A stretch of 64,000 nt of DNA from Methanobrevibacter thaueri (lineage in GTDB: Archaea > Methanobacteriota > Methanobacteria > Methanobacteriales > Methanobacteriaceae): the NCBI RefSeq assembly GCF_015062905.1, contig NZ_SUTK01000003.1, forward strand, positions 21,942 through 85,941, written 5' to 3'. A model generated the notes under the pieces. That model was not told the DNA's origin. It saw only the letters and a list, made by a program, of their open reading frames with translations, and did not search any database. This document shows, in pieces, positions 10,207 through 20,596 of the stretch (position 1 is the first letter of the stretch; every line of letters begins with the position of its first letter). Position numbers and translations under genes: made by a program.

Positions 10207-11412
10207 ATGACCGGAAATATTAGGGATCTGTCAACGTATAGTCAGAATGATACTGAAAAAATGGATTTGATTAATGGGGTTTTTAAAGAATTCCCTCTTT
10301 TTGATTCAATTAAATGTTGTTATAAAGATGTTTCATGTAGTAAGATTGAATCCATTGATTTCTCTGAGGACATCGATGAATTGGATGAATCTGATGATTC
10401 TAAATTAATATTATGCTCTCCTGTCTTTAAGGAGACCCCATCTAAATATTGCCCTAAATGCGGTCGCAAATATCTAAAGGCTGACATTGTTTGTCTTGAT
10501 TGCTTGGTTCATCTTAAAGACATTTCAGATAAAGTTGATGTTCGAGATATTAAATCAGAGCCTAAATTCACTTTTGTTGGGCAAAATAATTACAGTTCAT
10601 TTGATGAGTTATTAAATAAAGACAATCTCTTAAAAATAAATGAATTCGACTTTACAATAGATGATTATTCGACTATTCTGCATGACATTAAATCCCAGGC
10701 ATTTTTAAATTTTGACAATCTGGTTAAGGAAAATGAGATATACTATGATGGTCTGGACATCCTTGAAAAAGTAATATTGTTCGTCAAATCCTTTGTCAAG
10801 GTTGAATTTAAGTCATCTGGTGGTCAGCTGGGTTATTTTGAATCAGATGCCATTGCCATTGATGACAGATCAACAAAATCCCTTCAAATCACTACATTGA
10901 TTCATGAATTGTCCCATTTTTTAATCCAGGAAATATTGATTCATGTTCTTTGCAAATTATTGGATAGCACACGAAATTCCTTCACTGAATCGTTGGTCAC
11001 ATTTATATTGTCATATACTCATTTCACCCAATTGATTGATGAGTATGCAGCCCACAACGTCGAGGGCAGGTTCACGATTTTCGGTTTTCAGGATTACTCT
11101 TCATTCACAGACATTGAACGGAAAATGGACGGGGAAATGACAAAAGACGAAATTGAAATAACAAAATCAATTGGAAATACCTTTGCTTTATCCATCAAGG
11201 AGATTTTGGAATCTTTGATTGATAGGGAAATGCGCGAAGACATAAAGGAACAATTCTTAAAAGATGTTCTGGACAGGCCGAATTATGTTGCTTTAAAAAT
11301 GGAAAACTGCCAAATTTTAAATGATGAAGGTTTTATTAAGGCGATTTGGCTGATTTTAAATGAGGGCTGTGAAGTTGCAGCCTCAAACATTGACCGATTG
11401 ATTTCCATTTAG
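10207..11412 (+). CDS. Hypothetical protein with zinc ribbon and HExxH metallopeptidase-like (ImmA/IrrE-type) domain
   Basis: CPKCGRKY..VCLDC; TTLIHELSH followed by EYAAH. ATG 10207 preferred over GTG 10195. Confidence 0.6.
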   Translation: MTGNIRDLSTYSQNDTEKMDLINGVFKEFPLFDSIKCCYKDVSCSKIESIDFSEDIDELDESDDSKLILCSPVFKETPSKYCPKCGRKYLKADIVCLDCLVHLKDISDKVDVRDIKSEPKFTFVGQNNYSSFDELLNKDNLLKINEFDFTIDDYSTILHDIKSQAFLNFDNLVKENEIYYDGLDILEKVILFVKSFVKVEFKSSGGQLGYFESDAIAIDDRSTKSLQITTLIHELSHFLIQEILIHVLCKLLDSTRNSFTESLVTFILSYTHFTQLIDEYAAHNVEGRFTIFGFQDYSSFTDIERKMDGEMTKDEIEITKSIGNTFALSIKEILESLIDREMREDIKEQFLKDVLDRPNYVALKMENCQILNDEGFIKAIWLILNEGCEVAASNIDRLISI

Positions 11413-11537
11413 GAGAAGAATCCTTCAATTCGCTTAATCATGTATTGTTAATGTCTTGTCTTGAGGTTATATTGCTGATTTTAACTGTCATTTTTCTTTT
11501 AGAAAATGACTTATATTTTGACAACAAAACTACTTTT

Positions 11538-11831
11538 ATGAATGTAAAAGACAAAATTTTAAACCTGAATCAGGAACACACCGGAAAAAGTGCAGACATC
11601 AGCGACCTTCTTTTAACAATCATTACTAAATTCCAATTATTTGAGCCTTGCTCATACCTTTCCGAGGACGATGAATGGCTGAATGTCAGTTTGATATCAA
11701 TTGAAGACGGCAACGCAGGTCAGGCATTAACCATCCGCAAAAGCGAAATCACCACATTCGGAATTTTTAACCGTGAGGAAATCGAGCTTAATTTTGCTCC
11801 TCAAAACGAATCTGAGGATCTATACCAATGA
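11538..11831 (+). CDS. Hypothetical protein
   Basis: Likely start ATG 11538 (MNVKDK); ATGA-coupled to the next ORF. Confidence 0.55.
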   Translation: MNVKDKILNLNQEHTGKSADISDLLLTIITKFQLFEPCSYLSEDDEWLNVSLISIEDGNAGQALTIRKSEITTFGIFNREEIELNFAPQNESEDLYQ

Positions 11832-12121
11832 AGGAAATCTTTCTTGATGAAAACTTTGATGTTGACAAGATAACGTCACAAATCACAAAAGTCATGGACA
11901 GATGGTCAATTCAGTTTCTAGACATCAACGGACCCACTTGGGTAATATATGACTATGATATGCATGTGAAATACGTGTTTCATTTTCAGGTTGATTTCAA
12001 TGACTTGGAAGTCCGCATAAAATTAGAGGATTTGAAGCTTAATGTCATTCATCACATCGAATCTTTGAGGGATGAGACAACATATCGGGATAATCTGACA
12101 AATTCGGTTTTTATAAAATAA
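11828..12121 (+). CDS. Hypothetical protein
   Basis: 97-aa ORF with GAGG RBS and ATGA overlap. Confidence 0.6.
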   Translation: MKEIFLDENFDVDKITSQITKVMDRWSIQFLDINGPTWVIYDYDMHVKYVFHFQVDFNDLEVRIKLEDLKLNVIHHIESLRDETTYRDNLTNSVFIK

Positions 12122-12141
12122 AAAAAAGAAAAGAATTAAAG

Positions 12142-12522
12142 TTATTTAATTCTTGTATTGTAGTATCTTACACCGTCTGTATCGTATGTGTACCATCTGT
12201 CAACTTCAACATCATAACCTTCACCGACAACAGTTACATATGAATCGGTTTGAGGGTTATATACACGTGCAGTCTTATTAGTGGTATTAGTGTCGTTTCT
12301 TGGTGAGTTATCTCCAACAACAGTGTCATTTGAAACATTGCCGTCCTTATCAATCATAATGACATTAGGAGTGTCATTGACTGTTTTATTTGGAGTGGCA
12401 TTAGCAACAGTAACGTTATTTACTGGAGCTTCACTGTCGGTGACGATAATATATGCTCCAACTGCTAAAAGTGCAATCACAAGAATTGCAATAGCAATTA
12501 AAATAATATTATTTTTTTCCAT
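12142..12522 (-). CDS. Small membrane-anchored surface protein
   Basis: N-terminal TM helix; Asn/Thr-rich linker with several N-x-T sequons; AGGTGA RBS. Confidence 0.7.
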   Translation of the reverse strand: MEKNNIILIAIAILVIALLAVGAYIIVTDSEAPVNNVTVANATPNKTVNDTPNVIMIDKDGNVSNDTVVGDNSPRNDTNTTNKTARVYNPQTDSYVTVVGEGYDVEVDRWYTYDTDGVRYYNTRIK

Positions 12523-12564
12523 TGTTTATCACCTTGATATAATGTTTGTCTAAACTAGTATATA

Positions 12565-13656
12565 TTAATCACTCACGTCAAAATCATCAATTACCTGATA
12601 GGTAAATTGAGGATGCATTTGTTTGATTTCTGTTAATACTTTGTTTTTGACCTTTTGCCTGTCTGCATCGAAATCAACAATCATGTCAAATGTTATTAGC
12701 TTTTGGGTTTCATAGACTATGAAACCGTGAATTTCAATAATCTCATCGTATTTTGATGCAATTTCGTATAGGTCATTTTTGATATCATTGAATTTATTGT
12801 TTCGGGCATATATTCCAACTGTCAGTATGATTGAGAATTCCTCATAGATTTTGAGTGAAATCTGGCGTGTCAAATTATGTATTTCCAATGCGGTCAGGCT
12901 GTCATCGACTTCCACATGCACTGATCCCTGCATATCTTCAGGTCCGTAGTTGTGCAAACTCAAGTCATATGCCCCATAGACTTCAGGAAGCTCACATATT
13001 GACTCTTTGATTTTTCTGGATAACTCTGAATCAATCCTTGAACCGATCATGCTGTCGACAGTTTCCCTTATCATGTCAATACTTGCCTTGATAATAACAA
13101 TTGATATGATTACCCCTAGAATTCCCTCAAGTGAAATGTGAAAGAATATTGAGACTAAAGCCGCAACCAATGTTGACAGTGAAAGTATTGAATCAAAAAG
13201 GGCATCGCTTCCGGAAGCTACAAGCGCCTGTGAGTTGATGTCTTCACCAACGCTCTTCACATATCTGCCCAATGCAAGCTTAACAACGATTGCAACAGCA
13301 ATGATTACAAGTGAAACTGTAGTGTAGTTTGTAACATCCGGTGTGAAAATCTTAGGCCAGGATTCCATGAAGGCTGTTATTCCAGCCCACAATACGATTG
13401 CTGCAATAATTACTGATGAGAAGTATTCGATACGCCCATATCCATACGGATGATTTTTATCAGGAGGCCTATTTGCAAGCTTCGCTCCAATAATCGTAAT
13501 AATGGATGATAGTGCATCGGTTAGGTTATTGACCGCATCCAAGGTAATCGCAATGGAATTTGTCACTATTCCTACAAATGCCTTGAACGCAACAAGAATG
13601 AGGTTGACAATGATGCCTATCACGCTGGTTTTTATAATTTTTTCCTGTCTTGTCAT
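12565..13656 (-). CDS. Cation diffusion facilitator (CDF) family transporter
   Basis: SIAITLDAVNNLTD, PPDKNHPYGYGRIE, LHNYGP..GSVHVEV. Confidence 0.9.
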   Translation of the reverse strand: MTRQEKIIKTSVIGIIVNLILVAFKAFVGIVTNSIAITLDAVNNLTDALSSIITIIGAKLANRPPDKNHPYGYGRIEYFSSVIIAAIVLWAGITAFMESWPKIFTPDVTNYTTVSLVIIAVAIVVKLALGRYVKSVGEDINSQALVASGSDALFDSILSLSTLVAALVSIFFHISLEGILGVIISIVIIKASIDMIRETVDSMIGSRIDSELSRKIKESICELPEVYGAYDLSLHNYGPEDMQGSVHVEVDDSLTALEIHNLTRQISLKIYEEFSIILTVGIYARNNKFNDIKNDLYEIASKYDEIIEIHGFIVYETQKLITFDMIVDFDADRQKVKNKVLTEIKQMHPQFTYQVIDDFDVSD

Positions 13657-13747
13657 ACATTAAAATTTATTTGGCATAATTATATAGTTTTTTTCACAAT
13701 ACTTTTAAATAGGTTCAATGTTAATCTAATTGCAAGGAGGCATTTCT

Positions 13748-14287
13748 ATGTCAGTATATGATTTTGAAGTAAAAGACGGTGATGGAAATACAGTTTCTCT
13801 ATCCCAATACAAAGACAAAGTACTCTTAATAGTAAACTCAGCAACAAAATGTGGATTCACACCACAATATACAGAATTAAACGAAATATACGCAGAATTC
13901 AACCCTCAAGGTTTTGAAATCCTGGATTTTCCATGCAACCAATTCGGAGGTCAGGCACCTGGAACTACTGAAGAAATCACAGAGGTTTGCCGATCCAAAT
14001 GGCTGGTGCCGTATACAATCTTTGAAAAGATTGATGTCAATGGTGAAGATGCATCCCCATTATTCGAATATCTTAAGAATGAACAGCCATTCACTGGCTT
14101 GACAGGCAAAGGAGCTGGAAAACTTAAGGTTGTCGTTAAGATGAAGGACAGGCATTACAAGGATAACAATGACATCAAATGGAATTTCACTAAATTTTTA
14201 GTTGACCGTGAAGGTAATGTTGTTCGCAGATTCGAGCCAACAGAAGATTTAAACGACGTAAAAGAAGCTATTAAAGCTCTTTTATAA
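13748..14287 (+). CDS. Glutathione peroxidase family protein (Cys type)
   Basis: NSATKCGFTPQY, LDFPCNQFG, IKWNFTKFL; GGAGG RBS before ATG 13748. Confidence 0.92.
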   Translation: MSVYDFEVKDGDGNTVSLSQYKDKVLLIVNSATKCGFTPQYTELNEIYAEFNPQGFEILDFPCNQFGGQAPGTTEEITEVCRSKWLVPYTIFEKIDVNGEDASPLFEYLKNEQPFTGLTGKGAGKLKVVVKMKDRHYKDNNDIKWNFTKFLVDREGNVVRRFEPTEDLNDVKEAIKALL

Positions 14288-14400
14288 TCTTTTTTTTAAA
14301 TTTTTTTTTTAATTTAAAGTTTTTCAGCTGATTTTTCATTCACTAAATATTATTAACTATGAAATACAGAGATATTTTTACATAATAAAGGTGCAAGCAA

Positions 14401-14826
14401 ATGTATGAAAAAATTTTATTACCTACAGACGGTTCAACATATGCCGACCAGGAAGTTGATAGAGTAGAAAAACTAATTGATAAAGACGGTGAAGTAATTG
14501 TTTTATCTGTTGCCGGCAGATTGACATCCAGTGCTTTTCAATCCAGAAAAAAAGTCAAAAAAGTGAATGAAAAGCTTAAAAAGGATGCTCAAAGATTTGT
14601 TGACAATATGGCTGCAAAATTTGAAGATGATGTAAATGTTAAAAAGATGGTTGTAACAGGTTTTGCGGCTGAAACAATTATTAAAGTGGCGGAAAGTGAA
14701 GGTGTCGATTTGATTGTGATATCTTCCTCAGGAAAAAGTGGAATTCACAAATTTGTCCTTGGAAGCGTAACTGAAAAGGTGCTTAAAAACAGTGATGTGG
14801 ACGTATTGTTAGTTCACAATGATTAG
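14401..14826 (+). CDS. Universal stress protein
   Basis: KILLPTDGS; DLIVISSSGKSGIHKFVLGSVTEKV. Confidence 0.9.
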   Translation: MYEKILLPTDGSTYADQEVDRVEKLIDKDGEVIVLSVAGRLTSSAFQSRKKVKKVNEKLKKDAQRFVDNMAAKFEDDVNVKKMVVTGFAAETIIKVAESEGVDLIVISSSGKSGIHKFVLGSVTEKVLKNSDVDVLLVHND

Positions 14827-14833
14827 GTGGAAT

Positions 14834-15223
14834 ATGAATTCAAAAGCTATCATAACATTAGTGATAATAATTCTTTTAATCCTTATTGGCGGATTCTTGT
14901 TTGTCCAGGCAAATTCCCACAATACAAAAGTTGATGTAATCAGTAATTCATCCCTGAAAAATGGTGATGCGGTCCAAATCGTTTTGACTGATGAGTATAG
15001 AAACGTTTATCCTGGTGAACCTGTCCATATTAAAATTCTTGATGATTCAGGATGGGCAAACAATTATGATGTTGTAACCGATGATTCAGGTGAAGCCTCA
15101 GTTGTTTTATCAACATATGATAATGGAAACTATACAATTCATACCAACTATAACGGAACTTTATTCAACAAGGCTTATCATGGTGTGAATGCATTGGTTA
15201 TTGACGATGGATATGGTTATTAA
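14834..15223 (+). CDS. Membrane-anchored protein with one Ig-like domain
   Basis: ATG 14834 after AGGTGG; TM helix, then LTD..TDDSGEA..GNYTIHTNYNG pattern. Confidence 0.65.
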   Translation: MNSKAIITLVIIILLILIGGFLFVQANSHNTKVDVISNSSLKNGDAVQIVLTDEYRNVYPGEPVHIKILDDSGWANNYDVVTDDSGEASVVLSTYDNGNYTIHTNYNGTLFNKAYHGVNALVIDDGYGY

Positions 15224-15226
15224 GTA

Positions 15227-16777
15227 TTGAACGTGAAAGAAATGGCTGAAATGGAAATAGATTTCATCACATTGCGTGATGGAATCATAAATATTTCTGG
15301 TTATCTTAAAAGGGATGACGTTAACACGAAAATCGTATTTTTTGTAAACGGACAACAATTCTCTCCGGATTCCTATGACTATCCAACAAGAAGGGATGAA
15401 TCCATATTTAATTTTGACTTTAATGTTCCTGTTAAAGATAATGAATTGAAAATTGATATCCTGCCTGATAACAGTGAATCTTGTCCAATAAGATTCAGAA
15501 AATTCTGCAATTTATCTGAATACAGTAATTATTATGTGAAAGATGGCAAGATTGTTTTTTATGACGGGTCGTTTAATGTAGTGGATTATTCATATTCAAA
15601 ATTATTAAGTTTGGAATCTAAAGGATTGCTTAATTTAATTAAGGAAAGGCCCGCTTTTTTTGCTCAGGCACTTGTTTTTCGAATGATGTACCTGTTGCTC
15701 TATCCTTTCATGAAAAATAAGGAAATATGGATTGTCATGGATAGGAAAACAATGGCCGATGATAATGCGGAACACTTTTTCAAATATGCAATCGGCCAGA
15801 ATGACGGCATCCGCAAGTTTTTTGCCATTCACAATTCATCAAGAGATTTCAATAGGTTAACTGAACTTTTCAATAAGCACATCCTGGATTGCGATTCAAT
15901 TAAACACAGATTCTATTATATGTTTACCAAAAAGCTGATTTCATCTCAGGGGTCAGAATTCGATTTAAATCCATTTCTGAATAAGAATTATCCTCTGATG
16001 GCAGGAATAACAAATTTGGATTTTTATTTCTTACAGCATGGAGTGATTAAGGATAACATGTCCTCATGGCTTAGGAAATATGACAGAAATCCGAAATTGA
16101 TCGTTTCATCCACTCAAAAGGAATACGAATCACTCTTTGATGAGGGTTATTTCTATTCGGATAAGGTAATCCAGCTTTTAGGCCTTCCTCGCTACGACAA
16201 TTTGGACAATTCCGGATTGAAAAAACAGATTGTAATCATGCCGACCTGGAGGAATTATATCACAAACGATGAGGAACTCGTAAATTCTGAGTACTTCAGG
16301 CGTTTCGATTCACTGATCAATAACGAAAGACTCATTGAACATGCAAAATCAAACGGCTACGAAATTATTTTCAAGCCTCATCCTGAACTGACTCCCTATT
16401 TGGATCTTTTTTCAAAAAATGATTATGTAAAGATTGATTTGAACAGAAGGTATCAGGATATTTTCAATGAATCCTCACTAATGGTTACAGACTACTCTTC
16501 AATATTCTTTGATTTTTCATATCTCAAAAAACCATTGATATATTATCAATATGCCAATGACTATCACTATGATTCAGAAAATGGATATTTCCAGTACAGG
16601 GAAATGGGATTCGGCGAAGTAGTGTCCGAAGAGGAACAATTGGTTGAAAAAATAATTTATTATATTGACAATGGTTGTGAGATGGAGGATATCTACAAAA
16701 AGCGTGTCGACGAATTTTTCAAATTCCATGACCATAACAACTCTAAACGGTGTTATGATTGGATAATCAGTCATTAA
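15227..16777 (+). CDS. CDP-glycerol:poly(glycerophosphate) glycerophosphotransferase family (TagF-like), no GT2 domain
   Basis: DR..ADDNAEH, FLQHG, GLPRYD, MPTWR, KPHP, TDYSSIFFDF. Start TTG 15227 or ATG 15242. Confidence 0.88.
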   Translation: MNVKEMAEMEIDFITLRDGIINISGYLKRDDVNTKIVFFVNGQQFSPDSYDYPTRRDESIFNFDFNVPVKDNELKIDILPDNSESCPIRFRKFCNLSEYSNYYVKDGKIVFYDGSFNVVDYSYSKLLSLESKGLLNLIKERPAFFAQALVFRMMYLLLYPFMKNKEIWIVMDRKTMADDNAEHFFKYAIGQNDGIRKFFAIHNSSRDFNRLTELFNKHILDCDSIKHRFYYMFTKKLISSQGSEFDLNPFLNKNYPLMAGITNLDFYFLQHGVIKDNMSSWLRKYDRNPKLIVSSTQKEYESLFDEGYFYSDKVIQLLGLPRYDNLDNSGLKKQIVIMPTWRNYITNDEELVNSEYFRRFDSLINNERLIEHAKSNGYEIIFKPHPELTPYLDLFSKNDYVKIDLNRRYQDIFNESSLMVTDYSSIFFDFSYLKKPLIYYQYANDYHYDSENGYFQYREMGFGEVVSEEEQLVEKIIYYIDNGCEMEDIYKKRVDEFFKFHDHNNSKRCYDWIISH

Positions 16778-16872
16778 CTTGATATATTTAATCAAATCCT
16801 TTTTTTTACATTAATTTTATATATTCTAATTTATAAAAAGTAATCTATATTAAACTTGGGATGGGAAAATTT

Positions 16873-17976
16873 ATGACGAACGCAAACGTAGGGAAAAAGA
16901 AATCTAAGCGTATTTTTTATTTTGATGCCTTAAGGGCATTAGCAATTATATCAGTTATCATGATTCATGTATTCTATAAGACCAATGCACTGGCTGCAAT
17001 GGGTTATGGAACAATTCCAACATTCAGATGGTTTTTTGCAGATTTTAACCTGATATCTTTCAGGATTGGAGTAGTATTGTTCCTTATGCTTTCAGGTGCA
17101 CTGTCATTGGGTCGTGACTGGGAGATAAGGTCATTTTTAGGCAAGCGTCTTCCTCGTATTGTAGCCCCATTTTTATTTTGGGGATTTTTCATGAGTCTGA
17201 TAGTAATAGCATTTTCATATTACTTTAATTTTCATTGGATAGATTCTATAAGTGTTTATTCAGTATTGCATTTTGTATTTAATGCATATTTATATAAGTC
17301 TCCAACATTTTTACCGTATTGGTTCTTCTGGATGATTCTGGGAACATATTTCATAATGCCAATATTCAATAAGTGGCTTTTGCATGCGGAATTGAAAGAG
17401 GCTGAATACTTTTTGGTATTCTGGTTAATCACATGTATTTTTGACTTTACACTGTTCCAGCCTTTCCCAATCAAATTAATTTATTTCACAAGCCCTATAG
17501 GTCTTGTAGTTTTAGGTTATTATTTAAGGCACACTGAAAGGAAAATACTTAATAATCCGTATTTCTCAATCATATTAATTGTAATACCAATTATATGTAT
17601 GATGGCAATCTCATATATGAATTCAACTCCACATAAGTTTTATACATTTGACAGATATTCCATTTTCGGCGCTATTGAGGTCATTGGTGTATTTACTTTA
17701 TTCAAAAACTTTGGCAAATTTAATTTCAAGCCTAACTTCTTATATAATCCTAATGGAATTTTCCGCAAATTTGTGGCAAGTATGGCTAAATGCAGTTATG
17801 GAATTTATCTGACTCACTTGTGTTTCCTGAAGATTGCATCCAAGTTTCTTTTCTCAACAGTGAATTATTATATATTGAACATTATCTTGCTGCTTGTTGC
17901 AATATTTGTTCCGTTGATAATGCTGACACTCTTAAACAAGGTTCCATATGTCAATGAAGTGATTGGTGTAAAATAG
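16873..17976 (+). CDS. Acyltransferase family 3 (membrane O-acyltransferase)
   Basis: RIFYFDALRALAI..IH, LFLMLSG, WFFW, SYGIYLTH. Alternative start 16861. Confidence 0.88.
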   Translation: MTNANVGKKKSKRIFYFDALRALAIISVIMIHVFYKTNALAAMGYGTIPTFRWFFADFNLISFRIGVVLFLMLSGALSLGRDWEIRSFLGKRLPRIVAPFLFWGFFMSLIVIAFSYYFNFHWIDSISVYSVLHFVFNAYLYKSPTFLPYWFFWMILGTYFIMPIFNKWLLHAELKEAEYFLVFWLITCIFDFTLFQPFPIKLIYFTSPIGLVVLGYYLRHTERKILNNPYFSIILIVIPIICMMAISYMNSTPHKFYTFDRYSIFGAIEVIGVFTLFKNFGKFNFKPNFLYNPNGIFRKFVASMAKCSYGIYLTHLCFLKIASKFLFSTVNYYILNIILLLVAIFVPLIMLTLLNKVPYVNEVIGVK

Positions 17977-17989
17977 ATTAAGGGATATC

Positions 17990-19051
17990 ATGGCTAAGGT
18001 TAAGAATAGGATTTTCTATATTGATGAGATAAGGGCATTGGCAATCCTTTTGGTTTTGCTTATCCATGTTACTAAATGGTTTGCCCATGTTGAAACACCT
18101 GATTCACTGTTCTGGGCGTTTTCATCATCATTTGCCGCACTTGGAAACGTAGGCGTTCCTTTGTTTTTCATGATAAGCGGAGCCTTATTGCTTAACAGGG
18201 ATTATGATATCAAATTCTTCTTAAAGAGTAAACTGTTAAGAATATTTATTCCATTTGTATTTTGGATAATAATTGCAATATTGCTTAGGATCTATCTGAA
18301 TCCTGACAATGCAACTATTCATTTTGTTATAGCTGCGATTTTCCAGAAGGGGTATGTATGGTTCATATGGATGTTGCTTGGAGTTTATCTGTTCACTCCG
18401 GTGATTAATTCATTTGTTCAGGACAAGGGACTTGACGGTGTCAAGTATTTTTTAGTTATCTGGCTGGTGACTATTATTTTGACAACATTAAACATGTTCC
18501 CATTTATGAAGATTGAACTGAGTTACTTTGCGGGATATGTAGGATACTTTATGCTGGGCTATTACTTGAAGAATTTCCAGCCTAAGCTTTCCAAGAAGTA
18601 TATCATGATAATTTCTCTGATTGCATTTTTAATAACTACTGCGTTTGTAGTCTTTTTAATCCTCAATCATCATATGGGCATATGGGATAGTTTCTACAGG
18701 ACAATTTTCCCTGTTATTCAGGCTACCAGCGTTTTTGTATTCTTCAGATTCTTTGAGGAATATTCTAATGACCATGAAGAGTCATCCATAAACAGGTTTT
18801 TTACTTCAATGAAAAGCTCTTCTTTTGGAAAGGCGATTACTTCAATCAGTGTCTGCAGCTATGGAATATATCTGACTCATTACCTGTTCATTTGGACATT
18901 GTTGCATATCAGTGAACATGTTTTCCCTATATTTGCAAGAAATCCATTTAAATGGATTCCTGTTGTTTATCTGATAGTGCTTGTGGGTTCATGGGGATTG
19001 GTATGGATTTTTTCAAAAATCCCTTATCTAAAAAAAGTGAGTGGAACTTAG
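17990..19051 (+). CDS. Acyltransferase family 3
   Basis: RIFYIDEIRALAI, VPLFFMISG, WFIW, SYGIYLTH. Confidence 0.88.
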   Translation: MAKVKNRIFYIDEIRALAILLVLLIHVTKWFAHVETPDSLFWAFSSSFAALGNVGVPLFFMISGALLLNRDYDIKFFLKSKLLRIFIPFVFWIIIAILLRIYLNPDNATIHFVIAAIFQKGYVWFIWMLLGVYLFTPVINSFVQDKGLDGVKYFLVIWLVTIILTTLNMFPFMKIELSYFAGYVGYFMLGYYLKNFQPKLSKKYIMIISLIAFLITTAFVVFLILNHHMGIWDSFYRTIFPVIQATSVFVFFRFFEEYSNDHEESSINRFFTSMKSSSFGKAITSISVCSYGIYLTHYLFIWTLLHISEHVFPIFARNPFKWIPVVYLIVLVGSWGLVWIFSKIPYLKKVSGT

Positions 19052-19218
19052 TTATTTTGTTATGAAATTTCAATTTTTACAATATTTTATTTTTTTTATT
19101 CATATTTGATGAATAATTACTAATTAATCTTTTTCTTGGATTAAATTGTTATAATAAGGTTTATATAGCATTTAAACTATATTATATTATATATTTTATA
19201 AAATTTGTTGTGTTATTT

Positions 19219-20154
19219 ATGAAAACTGCTATTTTGATTCCGTGTTATAATGAATCCGCAACTATAGAAAAGGTTGTTTTGGATTTTAAAAGAGTAATGC
19301 CTCATGCTGAAATTTATGTTTATGACAATAATTCTACTGACGGCACTGATGATATTGCACGAAAAAGCGGTGCAATCGTTCGTTATGAATATAAACAGGG
19401 TAAAGGTAACGTAGTAAAGTCAATGTTCCGGGATATTGAAGCCGATTGTTACATTATGGTCGATGGAGATGATACCTATCCTGCTGAAGAGGCATTAGAA
19501 TTTGAAAAATTAGTCCTTAACGGAGAAGCGGACATGGTTATTGGAGACAGGCTATCTTCAACTTATTTTGAAGAGAATGACAGGCCGTTCCACAATACTG
19601 GAAACAAAGTAGTCAGGAAATTTATTAATGTTTTCTTCAAAAGCGACTTAAAGGACATCATGACAGGTATGAGGGCATTCAGTTATGATTTTGTCAAGTC
19701 ATTCCCGATTTCATCCAAGGAGTTTGAAATTGAAACGGAAATGTCTGTTTTCGCTTTGATTAATGATTTTAAAATTAAAGAGATTCCTATTAATTATCGT
19801 GATCGTATAGAAGGCAGTGAATCAAAATTAAATACATATAAGGATGGTTATAAAGTAATAAATATGATTTTTGCTTTGATACGTGATCAAAGGCCATTGC
19901 TATTCTTTTCATTGATTTCATTGATTCTACTGATAATTGCTGGAATTTACTTCTTCCCTATTCTGTTTAAATATTTCAGTTCAGGGGTTGTATTGAAAAT
20001 CCCGACACTCATTGTGATTTCAACTGTAGTGATAGTTGCTGTCATAATCTTTTTCACTGGAGTGTTATTGCATGTTCTTAAAAAACAGCATTCTGAAAGC
20101 CTTGAACATCATTTGATTATATTGAATGAGTTAAAAAAGAATAAAGAGGAATAA
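19219..20154 (+). CDS. GT2 polyprenyl-phosphate glycosyltransferase (GtrB/DPM-synthase-like)
   Basis: IPCYNE, DNNSTD, GKG, VDGDDTY, FEIETE, two C-terminal TM helices. Confidence 0.88.
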   Translation: MKTAILIPCYNESATIEKVVLDFKRVMPHAEIYVYDNNSTDGTDDIARKSGAIVRYEYKQGKGNVVKSMFRDIEADCYIMVDGDDTYPAEEALEFEKLVLNGEADMVIGDRLSSTYFEENDRPFHNTGNKVVRKFINVFFKSDLKDIMTGMRAFSYDFVKSFPISSKEFEIETEMSVFALINDFKIKEIPINYRDRIEGSESKLNTYKDGYKVINMIFALIRDQRPLLFFSLISLILLIIAGIYFFPILFKYFSSGVVLKIPTLIVISTVVIVAVIIFFTGVLLHVLKKQHSESLEHHLIILNELKKNKEE

Positions 20155-20156
20155 TA

Positions 20157-20579
20157 TTGATCAACAAACTGTTTAAGGAAAAGACAGATAATTTCTACCT
20201 GCAATTTTTCAGATATATTTTTGTAGGCGGAACAGCATTTGTTGTGGATTTCTTCTTTCTTTACTTTTTCAGTGACATTTGCGGAATTTACTATCTGATT
20301 TCTGCAGTTCTGTCTTTTATTATCTCTGTTTTGGTCAATTACCTGATGAGCACAAAATGGGTTTTCAACCAGGATAATATTGATAATAAGGTTTTAGAGT
20401 TTAATTTGTTTATTGTAATCAGTACTATAGGGCTGGTTTTCACTGAAATATTGCTGTATTTCTTTACTGATATTTTGGGATTATATTATCTGATTTCTAA
20501 AGTCATTGCGGCAATCATTGTCTTGTTCTGGAATTTTTTAGCAAGACGTTTCATGTTTTATGGTAAAGATTTTATTTAA
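20157..20579 (+). CDS. GtrA family flippase-like protein
   Basis: QFFRYIFVGG..VD, NY..WVF, WNF; four TM helices; TTG start. Confidence 0.88.
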   Translation: MINKLFKEKTDNFYLQFFRYIFVGGTAFVVDFFFLYFFSDICGIYYLISAVLSFIISVLVNYLMSTKWVFNQDNIDNKVLEFNLFIVISTIGLVFTEILLYFFTDILGLYYLISKVIAAIIVLFWNFLARRFMFYGKDFI

Positions 20580-20596
20580 AATTAAGGGTTAAAATT

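Noticed and set aside
13850..13852. Selenocysteine in the glutathione peroxidase homologue
   Set aside because: The active-site codon is TGT (Cys), not TGA.
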